64,000 nt of DNA from a virus (lineage: Duplodnaviria > Caudoviricetes): IMG/VR virus record IMGVR_UViG_3300033070_001497, positions 45,315 through 109,314 of that record, one strand, 5' to 3'. The position numbers and the translations under genes were made by a program. How positions within the stretch are numbered: the stretch's first letter is position 1; every line of letters begins with the position of its first letter. Below the pieces are notes generated by a model that did not search any database, was not told where the DNA came from, and saw nothing but the letters and a program-made list of their open reading frames with translations. Shown here one piece after another: positions 46,277 to 55,020 of this stretch.

Positions 46277-47299
46277 ATGAAGGCGAGCAAAGAATTTGTG
46301 AATGTTTTAACATCTGGGATCCGGCTAGCCCAGGATAAGTTCGGTTGGGAGAAGATCCATGGTGCGTCTATGTGGTCGGTCTTCTATTTGATCTCCGACA
46401 GCGTTTCTCCAGGACATCGTCACAATGCTAAGCTGGATATGCCCGAGAACCCGGCTTTTGCCAAGGAACGCGCTGATCTGACCGATGCACAAATCGAGAC
46501 CGCGATGAAAGCTGCCATGAAAATGAACGAAGCCAAAGCCGAGAACATGACACGAGAACACCTGCTAGAGGCCGTTGAATTCCGGCCAGTCAACATCCGT
46601 CTGGCTGATGGGTCGCTCAAGACGATCACCAAGGCCGAGGACGTTGCCGAGGACATCGCCTTCGAGTCGATCGAGGAGATCTACCCTAAAGGATTCGATG
46701 AGCTCAGCGAGCGAGTTGTCGTGAAGCGCAGGTACGGTGCATCGCCTGAGGTTGCTATCAGCAGCCATGGACCGCTGAGGAACGACGTGTTGGAGTTCGT
46801 CGGCAACAAGTTCGTCACCGAGACAGAGCTCCAGGCTTTCTTCAACAAGCTCGACGAGGAGCGCGGCAAGAAGCTCAACTACAAGAAGTGGTTCAACGAG
46901 AACCAGAAGTTCTTCGAGTCGTACACCCTCAAGGGCACCAAGGTGTGGAGCTTGTCCAAGATCGGCAAGCGCGCTTTCGAGCACGTGATCGATCGCAGGA
47001 GTTCGAACACCGTCAATGAGCGCATGGTGCTAAGCTACGATGAGTTTATCCTGAACGAGGAGCTGGATGTGCCCGAAGAATCGATCGAAGAATCGATCAA
47101 AACTCCGGTCAAGAAAGGCACCGTCCAAAAGGTGATCGAGCTAGCGCTCAAGCACCTCAAACCGAAGGTGACAGAGGACGAGGTGGTCAAGCAGCTCGCC
47201 GGTGTCATGAGCCTTGAGGACCTCTACGATAAGGCAGTCAAACTGATCTCTCCTGACCAGGTGAGCCAGTTCGAGACTGCCTTCCCATCCGTCGATTGA
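46277..47299 (+). CDS. Hypothetical, probable internal head protein
   Basis: Many L/V/I-x-E sites and VLSYDEFILNE. Confidence 0.55.
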   Translation: MKASKEFVNVLTSGIRLAQDKFGWEKIHGASMWSVFYLISDSVSPGHRHNAKLDMPENPAFAKERADLTDAQIETAMKAAMKMNEAKAENMTREHLLEAVEFRPVNIRLADGSLKTITKAEDVAEDIAFESIEEIYPKGFDELSERVVVKRRYGASPEVAISSHGPLRNDVLEFVGNKFVTETELQAFFNKLDEERGKKLNYKKWFNENQKFFESYTLKGTKVWSLSKIGKRAFEHVIDRRSSNTVNERMVLSYDEFILNEELDVPEESIEESIKTPVKKGTVQKVIELALKHLKPKVTEDEVVKQLAGVMSLEDLYDKAVKLISPDQVSQFETAFPSVD

Positions 47300-47302
47300 G
47301 CT

Positions 47303-47677
47303 ATGCCATCCGTCTCCAAAGCCCAACAACGTCTCATGGCCCAGGCCTACGAGGTGAAGAAGTTCCAGGAGTCTGGAGGCAAGGAGGGATTGGATCCGAA
47401 GGAACTTAGCCCAAGGTACAGGGACAAGATCGTCGAGCTGGCCAAAGGCATCAAGAAGAGTGACCTGAAACACTTCGCCGAGACGAAGAGGTCTGGCTTG
47501 CCAGACCACGTCGATGAGAATAACCCAGTTGCCACAGTGAGTAACGTGAATGGCATGGGCGCAACGGTCTTCCCGACGGCGACGTCGAATGGATCCGGTG
47601 ACCTTCCAGCCAGCGGCAACCGCCTCAAGCGGTTCAGCGAATGGAAGAAGCGGAAACGCCGCCCCAAACAGGACTGA
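47303..47677 (+). CDS. DUF3008-like protein
   Basis: MPSVSKAQQRLMAQA...DLKHFAETKRSGLPDHV. Confidence 0.65.
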   Translation: MPSVSKAQQRLMAQAYEVKKFQESGGKEGLDPKELSPRYRDKIVELAKGIKKSDLKHFAETKRSGLPDHVDENNPVATVSNVNGMGATVFPTATSNGSGDLPASGNRLKRFSEWKKRKRRPKQD

Positions 47678-47705
47678 TAGATGGACAGTAGACGGTGCCA
47701 GACTG

Positions 47706-47918
47706 ATGAAGTTGAAGCAGCTAAATACTCGAAAAAGCTGGCGTTCAGTCTTGCTTGGGTTCGCCGTGTTTTGCAATCCGTTCGGATTCGACGTAGCCTT
47801 TTCTTTGGTGATGAAGATGACCGGATCCTATTGGATCACGGATGCAATCTTCTACGGCCTCTCCCTTATGTTTTTTGGCTTGTATTACTGGTATGGTCGA
47901 GATTCCAATAAGGCGTGA
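47706..47918 (+). CDS. Small two-TM membrane protein
   Basis: MKLKQLNTRKSWRSVLLGFAVFCNPFGFDVAFSLVMKMTGSYWITDAIFYGLSLMFFGLYYWY... Confidence 0.6.
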   Translation: MKLKQLNTRKSWRSVLLGFAVFCNPFGFDVAFSLVMKMTGSYWITDAIFYGLSLMFFGLYYWYGRDSNKA

Positions 47919-48495
47919 CTGTTGCGTCTACTTTCATATCGTAACGATCGGCAATCAACCGGTAGTTTTCTACGTTGGACAGGGTCTTAGTGATCGGCCT
48001 CATTTTTCAAGAAGGAATCGTTTCTGGCACAACTTCGTCAATAAGCACGGTCCGTACGAGGTTATCATCGATCAAGATGGGTTGACTCATGAGGAAGCAT
48101 GTGAATTAGAGCGCAAGTGGATTGCTTGGTTTGGCAGACGAGATCTTAAGCAAGGCACCCTCGTAAATCTGACGGATGGCGGAGATGGCCCATTTGGATA
48201 CAAGAGGATCCATTCTGCCGAAACGAAGCGAAAGATCTCTTTGGGTTTGATGGGTAAACAACCCAGTGATCAGGCTAGAGCTAAAATGTCAGCCTCGAGG
48301 CGAGGTAAGAAGCTGTCGCTGAAACACATTGAAGCATGCAAAGCTGGATTCGCTAAGAGTTGGGCTTCTGGGAAGCGTAAGAAACCAACAATCTCTGATG
48401 ACGAGAAAGCCAAAAGATCAGCCAGAATGCGGGCTGTCAATGAATCCGGCCGAAATGGACATCACAACACCAGACGCAACTTGAGGTTGTCATAG
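47893..48495 (+). mobile_element. Free-standing GIY-YIG-like homing endonuclease with NUMOD3 repeats
   Basis: VYFH...FYVGQG, EACELERKWI, LVNLTDGGDG, HSAETKRKIS, SDQARAKMS; codon usage is more T-rich than the flanks. Confidence 0.8.
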
Positions 48496-48504
48496 AAGGA
48501 GCGC

Positions 48505-48948
48505 ATGAAATTCCTCAAGACACGGGACGTTAAGAGTCCCAACCGTGGCACAAGCCACAGCGCAGGCATCGATCTCTTTGTGCCCAATGATTTCGATCGA
48601 GTTACATTGAATCCTGGTCAGCGGATCAACATTCCATCCGGAATCAAAATGAATGTTCCGGAGAATCACGCTTTGGTTGCATTCAACAAATCCGGAGTAG
48701 CTACCAAAAAGGGATTGGTAGTTGGAGCCTGTGTGATCGATTCTGATTACACAGGCGAAATCGGACTCCATGTGATCAATTCTGGAGTTGATTCTGTGAC
48801 AATTGAGCCTGGAGATAAGCTTCTTCAGGTTCTGTTGCTTCCGATCCACATGGTCGAATTGGAAGAGTGCCATTCAGCAGAAGAAGTGTTCATGAACAAA
48901 CAAACAGAGCGAGGAGAAGGAGGATATGGGTCGACTGGAGACAAATAA
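48505..48948 (+). CDS. dut: Trimeric dUTPase
   Basis: SAGIDL, NKSG, VIDSDYTGEI, GDKLLQ, RGEGGYGSTG. Confidence 0.93.
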   Translation: MKFLKTRDVKSPNRGTSHSAGIDLFVPNDFDRVTLNPGQRINIPSGIKMNVPENHALVAFNKSGVATKKGLVVGACVIDSDYTGEIGLHVINSGVDSVTIEPGDKLLQVLLLPIHMVELEECHSAEEVFMNKQTERGEGGYGSTGDK

Positions 48949-48949
48949 C

Positions 48950-49050
48950 GTCCAAGTCTATTTCCATTTTTGTATTTCAACCCAGGAGGTCTTTTACGTT
49001 GGAATAGAGTGGATTCGTTCGAATGTGCAGAGGAGATGTTGCCTCGTGGA
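48950..49050 (+). pseudogene. Frameshifted remnant of a second GIY-YIG endonuclease
   Basis: gtctatttccat (VYFH) followed, out of frame, by gaggtcttttacgttggaata (EVFYVGI), paralleling the intact gene. Confidence 0.5.
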
Positions 49051-49096
49051 ATAATTGGAAACTGATCGACGTAGTAGAAAGGCATTGAACGTTCAA

Positions 49097-49339
49097 ATGA
49101 ACCAACCAAACCCAACCGACGTCCCAAAGATCAGGGTCAACCTGGCCAAGGATAGCACCGCCATCCTCTGTGAGTGTGGATCGGAGTTCTTCCAGGAAGT
49201 CATGCGCATCAGGCGCATCTCTCGCCTCCTGACCGGCGAGCCAGAGGATCGGATCATGCCTGTTCCGGCCGTGCTCTGCGTGTCTTGTGGCAAAGAATGT
49301 GATCCAACCGCTCCCACAAAACCGAGCATCGTCACATGA
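49097..49339 (+). CDS. Small zinc-ribbon protein
   Basis: CECG...CVSCG; ATGA-coupled to the polymerase N-half. Confidence 0.7.
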   Translation: MNQPNPTDVPKIRVNLAKDSTAILCECGSEFFQEVMRIRRISRLLTGEPEDRIMPVPAVLCVSCGKECDPTAPTKPSIVT

Positions 49340-50718
49340 TCCTCGACATCGAGACCTTCGGCGACCGTCTCAGGATCTCCTACTACGACCAACAGGGCAA
49401 AGTCAAGCTCAAGGACTACAGGGTCCCTGACTGTTCGGATTGGTCGATCTGTTCGCCGTCGGATCCAAAGCGTTCGATGGAGTACAAGAATTGGGATGGG
49501 TCTTCCGTGAAGAAGAGGCCAGCCAAGTTCCTGAACAAGTTCTCTGTCCTGGAGTTCATCCAGAACCTTCCGCCAGACGACAAGGCAGAGATCACGGCCC
49601 TCAACTTCCCGGCCATCCAATCGGTCGACATCGAGACCGAGATCATGGACACCTTCCCTGATCCAAACGTCGCCCGAGAGCGCATCACCGCGATCGCTAT
49701 AGCGACCGAGGATTGCAAGGTCACCGTCTTCGGTTGGAAGGAGATCACCGAGGAGAGGAAGAAGTGGATCTACGACCAGCAGCGTGAGTACCTTAAGGAC
49801 TTCGGCGAGTGGGAGTTTAAGTACGTCTGCTTCGAGAACGAGCACTCGATGCTCTTGGCTTTCATCCAGAAGGTCCTGCCAAGGTGCTCGATGGTCACAG
49901 GCTGGAACTTCAGCCAGTTCGACTGGAAGTACATAACCAACCGGTGCAAAAGGATCGGCATCAATGTCGCCGATGCTTCGCCTTCCAGGCGTGTCATGGG
50001 AAAGGAGGAGATCCCTCTTCACATCGGGATCTGTGACTACATGGAGATCTACAAGAAGTGGGATCGCTATGTCAAGGTCAAGGAAAGCAACTCCCTCGAT
50101 TTCGTTTCAAACGCAGTACTCGGCGTCACGAAGATCAAATACCCAGGCACCCTCAAGCAGCTCTACGAGGAGGACTACGACAAATTCATCCTGTACAACG
50201 CGATCGACTCCGCGCTGGTGTGCCTGATCCACAAGAAACTCAAGATCACGAACGCCGCTTTCTCGGTCTCCGTCTTCTGTGACCTTCCTCTCTACAAGTG
50301 CAACTCCCCAGTAGCTCTGACGGAGGCCTTGCTATGGAAGGGCTACTACAAGCGGAAGATGGTCATCGCGGATGAGAAGCTCGAGACTCCGAAGCAACAG
50401 TATGAAGGAGCCTATGTGAAGGAGCCGGTGCCTGGCTTCTACCGAGCTGTCACCTGCTTCGACTATGCCTCGCTGTACCCATCGATCATGAGGCAGTTCA
50501 ACATCTCGCCCGAATCCTTCATCAAGAAGGAGACCGACCCAGCCAAAATCGAGGAAGCGAAGAAGGATCGGTCGAAGATCGTTGCAGCGAGCGGCTCGAT
50601 CTATGGGACCGAGCTCTCAGTGATGAAGGAGATCCTCACGAACCTATACAGCGACAGGCGCAAGCACAAGGACTTGCACCTTGAGCTCGAACGATACCTA
50701 GCAAAGAGAAAAAAGTGA
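49336..50718 (+). CDS. Family B DNA polymerase, N-terminal subunit (3'-5' exonuclease plus motif A)
   Basis: ExoI DIET, ExoII GWNFSQFDWKY, ExoIII YNAID, YEGAYV, motif A FDYASLYPSIM; ends in the first fingers helix. Confidence 0.92.
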   Translation: MILDIETFGDRLRISYYDQQGKVKLKDYRVPDCSDWSICSPSDPKRSMEYKNWDGSSVKKRPAKFLNKFSVLEFIQNLPPDDKAEITALNFPAIQSVDIETEIMDTFPDPNVARERITAIAIATEDCKVTVFGWKEITEERKKWIYDQQREYLKDFGEWEFKYVCFENEHSMLLAFIQKVLPRCSMVTGWNFSQFDWKYITNRCKRIGINVADASPSRRVMGKEEIPLHIGICDYMEIYKKWDRYVKVKESNSLDFVSNAVLGVTKIKYPGTLKQLYEEDYDKFILYNAIDSALVCLIHKKLKITNAAFSVSVFCDLPLYKCNSPVALTEALLWKGYYKRKMVIADEKLETPKQQYEGAYVKEPVPGFYRAVTCFDYASLYPSIMRQFNISPESFIKKETDPAKIEEAKKDRSKIVAASGSIYGTELSVMKEILTNLYSDRRKHKDLHLELERYLAKRKK

Positions 50719-53273
50719 TGACAGAGACGTTGGAAGAGCAGAAGATCACCATGAAACCCTACACACGGGAAGAGGCAATGAAGGCTTGCCTGGAGTACTT
50801 CGATGGCAACGAGATGCAGGCCGTCGTTTTCCTCAACAAGTACGCCCTGAAGGATTCGGATGGAAACATCTACGAGTGCACGCCAGACCAGATGCACAAG
50901 CGGTTGGCCAAGGAGCTCGCGAGGATAGAGGCCAAGCATCCCAACCCGAGGTTCGATGAGCAAGGAGCCTTCGACCTGATGAGCCGATTCAGGTACATCG
51001 TCCCACAGGGAAGCCCGATGGCAGGGATCGGCAACGATCTCCAATACGTCTCGCTCTCGAACTGCTTCGTGATCGGCAACGACGGTCCATCGGATTCGTA
51101 CGGCGCGATCATGAAGACCGATCAGGAGCAGATCCAGCTCATGAAGCGTCGTGGAGGAGTTGGACATGACCTGAGCAGCATCCGGCCCAAGGGATCTCCA
51201 GTCGAGAATTCGGCCCTAACCTCCACTGGCGTGGTGCCTTTCATGGAGAGGTTCTCCAATTCCACACGGGAGGTCGCCCAGGATGGCCGTAGGGGCGCCC
51301 TGATGTTGACCATCAGCTGTGACCACCCAGACGTCGAGGCGTTCATCGATGCGAAGATGGACAGCACGAAGGTGACTGGCGCAAACGTGTCGGTTCGGAT
51401 CAGCGACCGCTTCATGAAGGCCATCGCCAATGGCGACACTGAGTATGAGCTCAGATTCCCGACGGTTGGCGAACCGGTGTACACTCGCACGGTGGATCCA
51501 CAGGTCCTCTGGAAGAAGATCATCCACAACGCTTGGAAGTCCGCTGAGCCTGGAGTGCTCTTCTGGGACACAGTGATCAGGGAATCGTTGCCAGACTGTT
51601 ACGCTGACAAAGGGTTCGCGAGCGTATCGGTCAACCCATGCGGAGAGATCATACTCTGTCCAGACGATTCGTGCAGGCTGACCGCCATCAACCTCTACTC
51701 GTACGTCAAGGACCCGTTCACCAAGAAAGCCGAGTTCGATTTCGATCTCTTCCGGAACCACACCGCATTGGCGATGAGGTTCATGGACAACATCATCGAC
51801 CTTGAGATCGAGAAGGTCGAGCGGATCATCTCGAAGATCGAGCGTGACCCTGAGAGCCAGGAGACCAAACAGACAGAGCTCAACCTCTGGAAGCGCATCG
51901 CTGACAAGTGCAGGGATGGGCGTCGCACAGGCCTTGGCATCACCGCTGAGGGAGACATGCTCGCTGCCCTGGGCCTCACCTACGGCACCAAGAAGGCCAC
52001 CAGCTTCGCCGAACAGGTCCAACGCGAGCTCTGCCTCGCTGCGTATCGGGAGTCATCTGTCATGGCCAAGGAGAGGGGCGCTTTCAAGCACTTCAATTTC
52101 GAGTCGGAACGGAACAACCCGTTCATGAAGCGCCTGATCGAAGCTGATCCGAAGCTCGGAGAGAGCCTCAAGGAATTCGGTCGCCGGAACATCGCGATCC
52201 TGACCATCGCACCGACTGGCTCGGTCTCGATCATGACTGACACCACATCAGGAATCGAACCGGTGTTCTCGGTCTCTTATCGGCGCAGGCGCAAGGTCAA
52301 CCCGAACGATAAGGACGTGAAGATCACGTTCGTCGACCAAGTTGGAGACTCATGGGAGGAGTACCCAGTCTTTCACAAGCACTTCGAGACGTGGTTGAAA
52401 GCGAACGGTAAGGACGTCCCAATGATCAAAGCGATGGCAGACGATCAGGAGATCGCCATGTTGGTCGCCGAATCGCCTTACCACAAGGCAACCTCGAACG
52501 ACGTCGATTGGGTCGAGAAAGTGGCCATGCAGGGAAAGATGCAGAAATGGGTCGACCACTCGATCTCCGTTACGGTCAACCTCCCGAACGAGGTGACCGA
52601 GGAGTTGGTCGCCCAGGTCTACATGAACGCCTGGAAAGCTGGCTGCAAGGGTTGCACCGTCTACCGCGATGGATCCCGTTCCGGCGTCCTGATCACCAAC
52701 GAGGAGAAGAAACAGAAGGAGCTTTTCGGAGACACAGCAGCTCCTAAGAGGCCAAAGTCGCTCGAGTGTGTCGTGACGAGGTTCACCAACCAAGGGGCCA
52801 AGTGGATCGGTTTCATGGGGCTGTTCGATGGCCGACCCTACGAGCTGTTCACCGGCGACGTGGAGGATTTCCCGATCCCATCCTATGTGGAGAATGGCCA
52901 CATCGTCAAGGAGAAGAAGGGAGACAAGAGCGCATACCACTTCGTCTACTTGGACAAGTCCGGCACCGAGATCAAGATGCCGAACCTGAACCATGCCTTT
53001 GATGACAGCTACTATGATTTGGCCAAGACGTTCTCCGCGCTTCTCCGCCATGGCATGCCGCTGCCATACATGGTCGAGCTCATCGATGGTCTCAACTTGG
53101 ATGGGGATCTGATCAACACGTGGAAGGCAGGCGTCCGCCGGATGCTCAAGAAGTACATCAAGGATGGCACCACCGTCTCCGGCAAGACTTGCAAGGATTG
53201 CGGATCCGCCTCGCTAGAGTACAAGGAAGGATGCATGACCTGCTCGTCGTGTGGAAGCTCAAAATGCCAGTGA
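50715..53273 (+). CDS. nrdJ: Class II (adenosylcobalamin-dependent) ribonucleotide reductase
   Basis: SLSNCFV, RRGALM, NPCGEI, IAPTGS, TSGIEP, DHSISVTVN, KGCTVYRDGSR, C-terminal Cys pairs; no small subunit nearby. Confidence 0.92.
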   Translation: MMTETLEEQKITMKPYTREEAMKACLEYFDGNEMQAVVFLNKYALKDSDGNIYECTPDQMHKRLAKELARIEAKHPNPRFDEQGAFDLMSRFRYIVPQGSPMAGIGNDLQYVSLSNCFVIGNDGPSDSYGAIMKTDQEQIQLMKRRGGVGHDLSSIRPKGSPVENSALTSTGVVPFMERFSNSTREVAQDGRRGALMLTISCDHPDVEAFIDAKMDSTKVTGANVSVRISDRFMKAIANGDTEYELRFPTVGEPVYTRTVDPQVLWKKIIHNAWKSAEPGVLFWDTVIRESLPDCYADKGFASVSVNPCGEIILCPDDSCRLTAINLYSYVKDPFTKKAEFDFDLFRNHTALAMRFMDNIIDLEIEKVERIISKIERDPESQETKQTELNLWKRIADKCRDGRRTGLGITAEGDMLAALGLTYGTKKATSFAEQVQRELCLAAYRESSVMAKERGAFKHFNFESERNNPFMKRLIEADPKLGESLKEFGRRNIAILTIAPTGSVSIMTDTTSGIEPVFSVSYRRRRKVNPNDKDVKITFVDQVGDSWEEYPVFHKHFETWLKANGKDVPMIKAMADDQEIAMLVAESPYHKATSNDVDWVEKVAMQGKMQKWVDHSISVTVNLPNEVTEELVAQVYMNAWKAGCKGCTVYRDGSRSGVLITNEEKKQKELFGDTAAPKRPKSLECVVTRFTNQGAKWIGFMGLFDGRPYELFTGDVEDFPIPSYVENGHIVKEKKGDKSAYHFVYLDKSGTEIKMPNLNHAFDDSYYDLAKTFSALLRHGMPLPYMVELIDGLNLDGDLINTWKAGVRRMLKKYIKDGTTVSGKTCKDCGSASLEYKEGCMTCSSCGSSKCQ

Positions 53274-53279
53274 GATCGG

Positions 53280-53287
53280 AATAGATA
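53280..53287 (+). promoter_or_regulatory. Putative late promoter AATAGATA
   Basis: After the RNR stop, 23 nt before ATG 53311, with an A-rich leader. Confidence 0.55.
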
Positions 53288-53310
53288 TTGACCCTCAAAA
53301 ACTAGAAACC

Positions 53311-54003
53311 ATGGGCCACATCCTCAAATTCCACGAATTCATGCTCAGGGAGAGCGAAGGATCCCTGGCTCCAGCGAACAGGCCAGCGGTCGGTGGCGGA
53401 GCCCACGACTCCGAGAAAAGGGTCAACGTCAGGGTCCGTTACGCGAAGGGCTCATACGATCCAGCGGTGGTCAACGAGAGGCTCAAGTCGGTCGGCGCCA
53501 TCGAGGTCTCCAAGTCGAACATCGAATCCGGAGAGACCATCGAGCTCAACATCGATTTTCCGAGCCAAGCCAAGTTCGAGGAGTTCAGCGGCATGCACGA
53601 GACCGCCATGGTGAGCGAAGGAAAGGTGGAGTTTATCGCCGAGAGCGATTCTTCTTCGGAGCTCATCGTCCGTTTCGCCGAGGCATTGGATAACGTGCTC
53701 AGCAAGTTTCCGGTGTCGAAGTTCAAGGATTCCACTGCCAAGGAATGGATGACTTCTGTGCACAAGAAGATCACCGCCATCATAGATGAATCTGAGGGAG
53801 TGGCTTCGGATCCTACGATGGAATCGACTGTGAACGAATACGATGGACACGCTCCAGCCCAAAAGGTTCACAAGCTCAAGTTCTACATGGGCGGCGACAT
53901 GGACAAGAAGCCTTTCGTTGAACTCCTGAGGAAAGTGGTCCAGGAAGGCGATAAGGAAGCGTTCGACAAGATCCAGGGTGAGGTCGATGAGATTGAATCC
54001 TGA
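53311..54003 (+). CDS. Probable internal head protein
   Basis: N-terminus MGHILKFHEFMLRE resembles the T4 capsid-targeting sequence; has its own late promoter. Confidence 0.55.
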   Translation: MGHILKFHEFMLRESEGSLAPANRPAVGGGAHDSEKRVNVRVRYAKGSYDPAVVNERLKSVGAIEVSKSNIESGETIELNIDFPSQAKFEEFSGMHETAMVSEGKVEFIAESDSSSELIVRFAEALDNVLSKFPVSKFKDSTAKEWMTSVHKKITAIIDESEGVASDPTMESTVNEYDGHAPAQKVHKLKFYMGGDMDKKPFVELLRKVVQEGDKEAFDKIQGEVDEIES

Positions 54004-54221
54004 TGCGGATCGTCTTCGGTAAGAAGCGTTCCAGGCACAAGGTCAGGTTCGAGGCCAATCCCATCGAGGATGGGCATTTCATCCACGTGACGTTCTATGA
54101 GGCTCCTAAGGGCTCGGAGCCAGAGCGGCACAAGTACAGCTATTGGATCATCGAGAATCAGCTCCCAAGGTTCCGGGAATTGATGGCCAGACAAGGGTTG
54201 ACCGTCGAATCGGAGGATTGA
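54003..54221 (+). CDS. Hypothetical protein
   Basis: TGATG-coupled 72-aa ORF. Confidence 0.6.
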   Translation: MRIVFGKKRSRHKVRFEANPIEDGHFIHVTFYEAPKGSEPERHKYSYWIIENQLPRFRELMARQGLTVESED

Positions 54222-54255
54222 TGGGCTGTGCCTTCTGGGGTCATAGAATGGTCCC

Positions 54256-55020
54256 ATGAAGTCCTTAACCATCACCAAGCTCAATCGCTCGGAGCTCAAG
54301 TCCTTCATCAGGACGCTGTTGAACATAAGCGAGAAAGTCTACTTCTCCATCTCACAGGACGGAGTTCGAACAGGGATGTACACACAGTCCCATGACACTG
54401 CGATGATCAAGCGCATCGAACTCAAGAAGATGATGGAGATCGATGGCCAGTTCGACGAGGTCAGGATCGGCTTGTTCAAGGATGTCCCAGAACGATTGCT
54501 CAAGTACCTTGAGAACTTCGACTCGGACACGCTCAAGTGTACAGTCAAGTTCTTCCAGATGCGCGGAGACAACGTCAACTATGCCCAGAGCATCGAGCTC
54601 AAGGACAAAGGGCTCAAGATGAACATCTTCTGCCAGGACCCGGCGTTGGGGTATGTGTGCTTGACACCAGAACAGGAGAAGATCGCGTTTGACGATGCGA
54701 ATTCTTTCTTCGCATTCGATCTTGATAGGGAGACCCTCATCAAGATCAACTCATTGCTCGGATTCATTAAGGAGCCAAAGGCGTTGATCAAATTTGAGGT
54801 GGAGGACGATGGATTGCACATCTCGACTGACATCTTCGACTTATTGGTGGATCCGTCTGTGACGAACAAGACAAGCGGAGTCTCACGCGTGTTCAGGGAG
54901 ACTTTCGACAGGCTTCCTATCGAGAGCTACAAGTGCAAGATCTTCAAGCGCAAGATCATACTCGTCTCGACCGAATCCGAGACTCGAATCGCAATCAACC
55001 TGACAGAGAAAGATGCTTGA
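54256..55020 (+). CDS. Putative DNA sliding clamp (gp45/PCNA fold)
   Basis: 254 aa, two-domain helix/strand pattern, overlaps the polymerase C-half gene; no diagnostic motif. Confidence 0.5.
   Translation: MKSLTITKLNRSELKSFIRTLLNISEKVYFSISQDGVRTGMYTQSHDTAMIKRIELKKMMEIDGQFDEVRIGLFKDVPERLLKYLENFDSDTLKCTVKFFQMRGDNVNYAQSIELKDKGLKMNIFCQDPALGYVCLTPEQEKIAFDDANSFFAFDLDRETLIKINSLLGFIKEPKALIKFEVEDDGLHISTDIFDLLVDPSVTNKTSGVSRVFRETFDRLPIESYKCKIFKRKIILVSTESETRIAINLTEKDA

Noticed and set aside
50718-55013. Intron or intein explaining the polymerase split
   Set aside because: The interval contains ordinary genes including a full RNR, with no intein terminal motifs or group I core elements visible.
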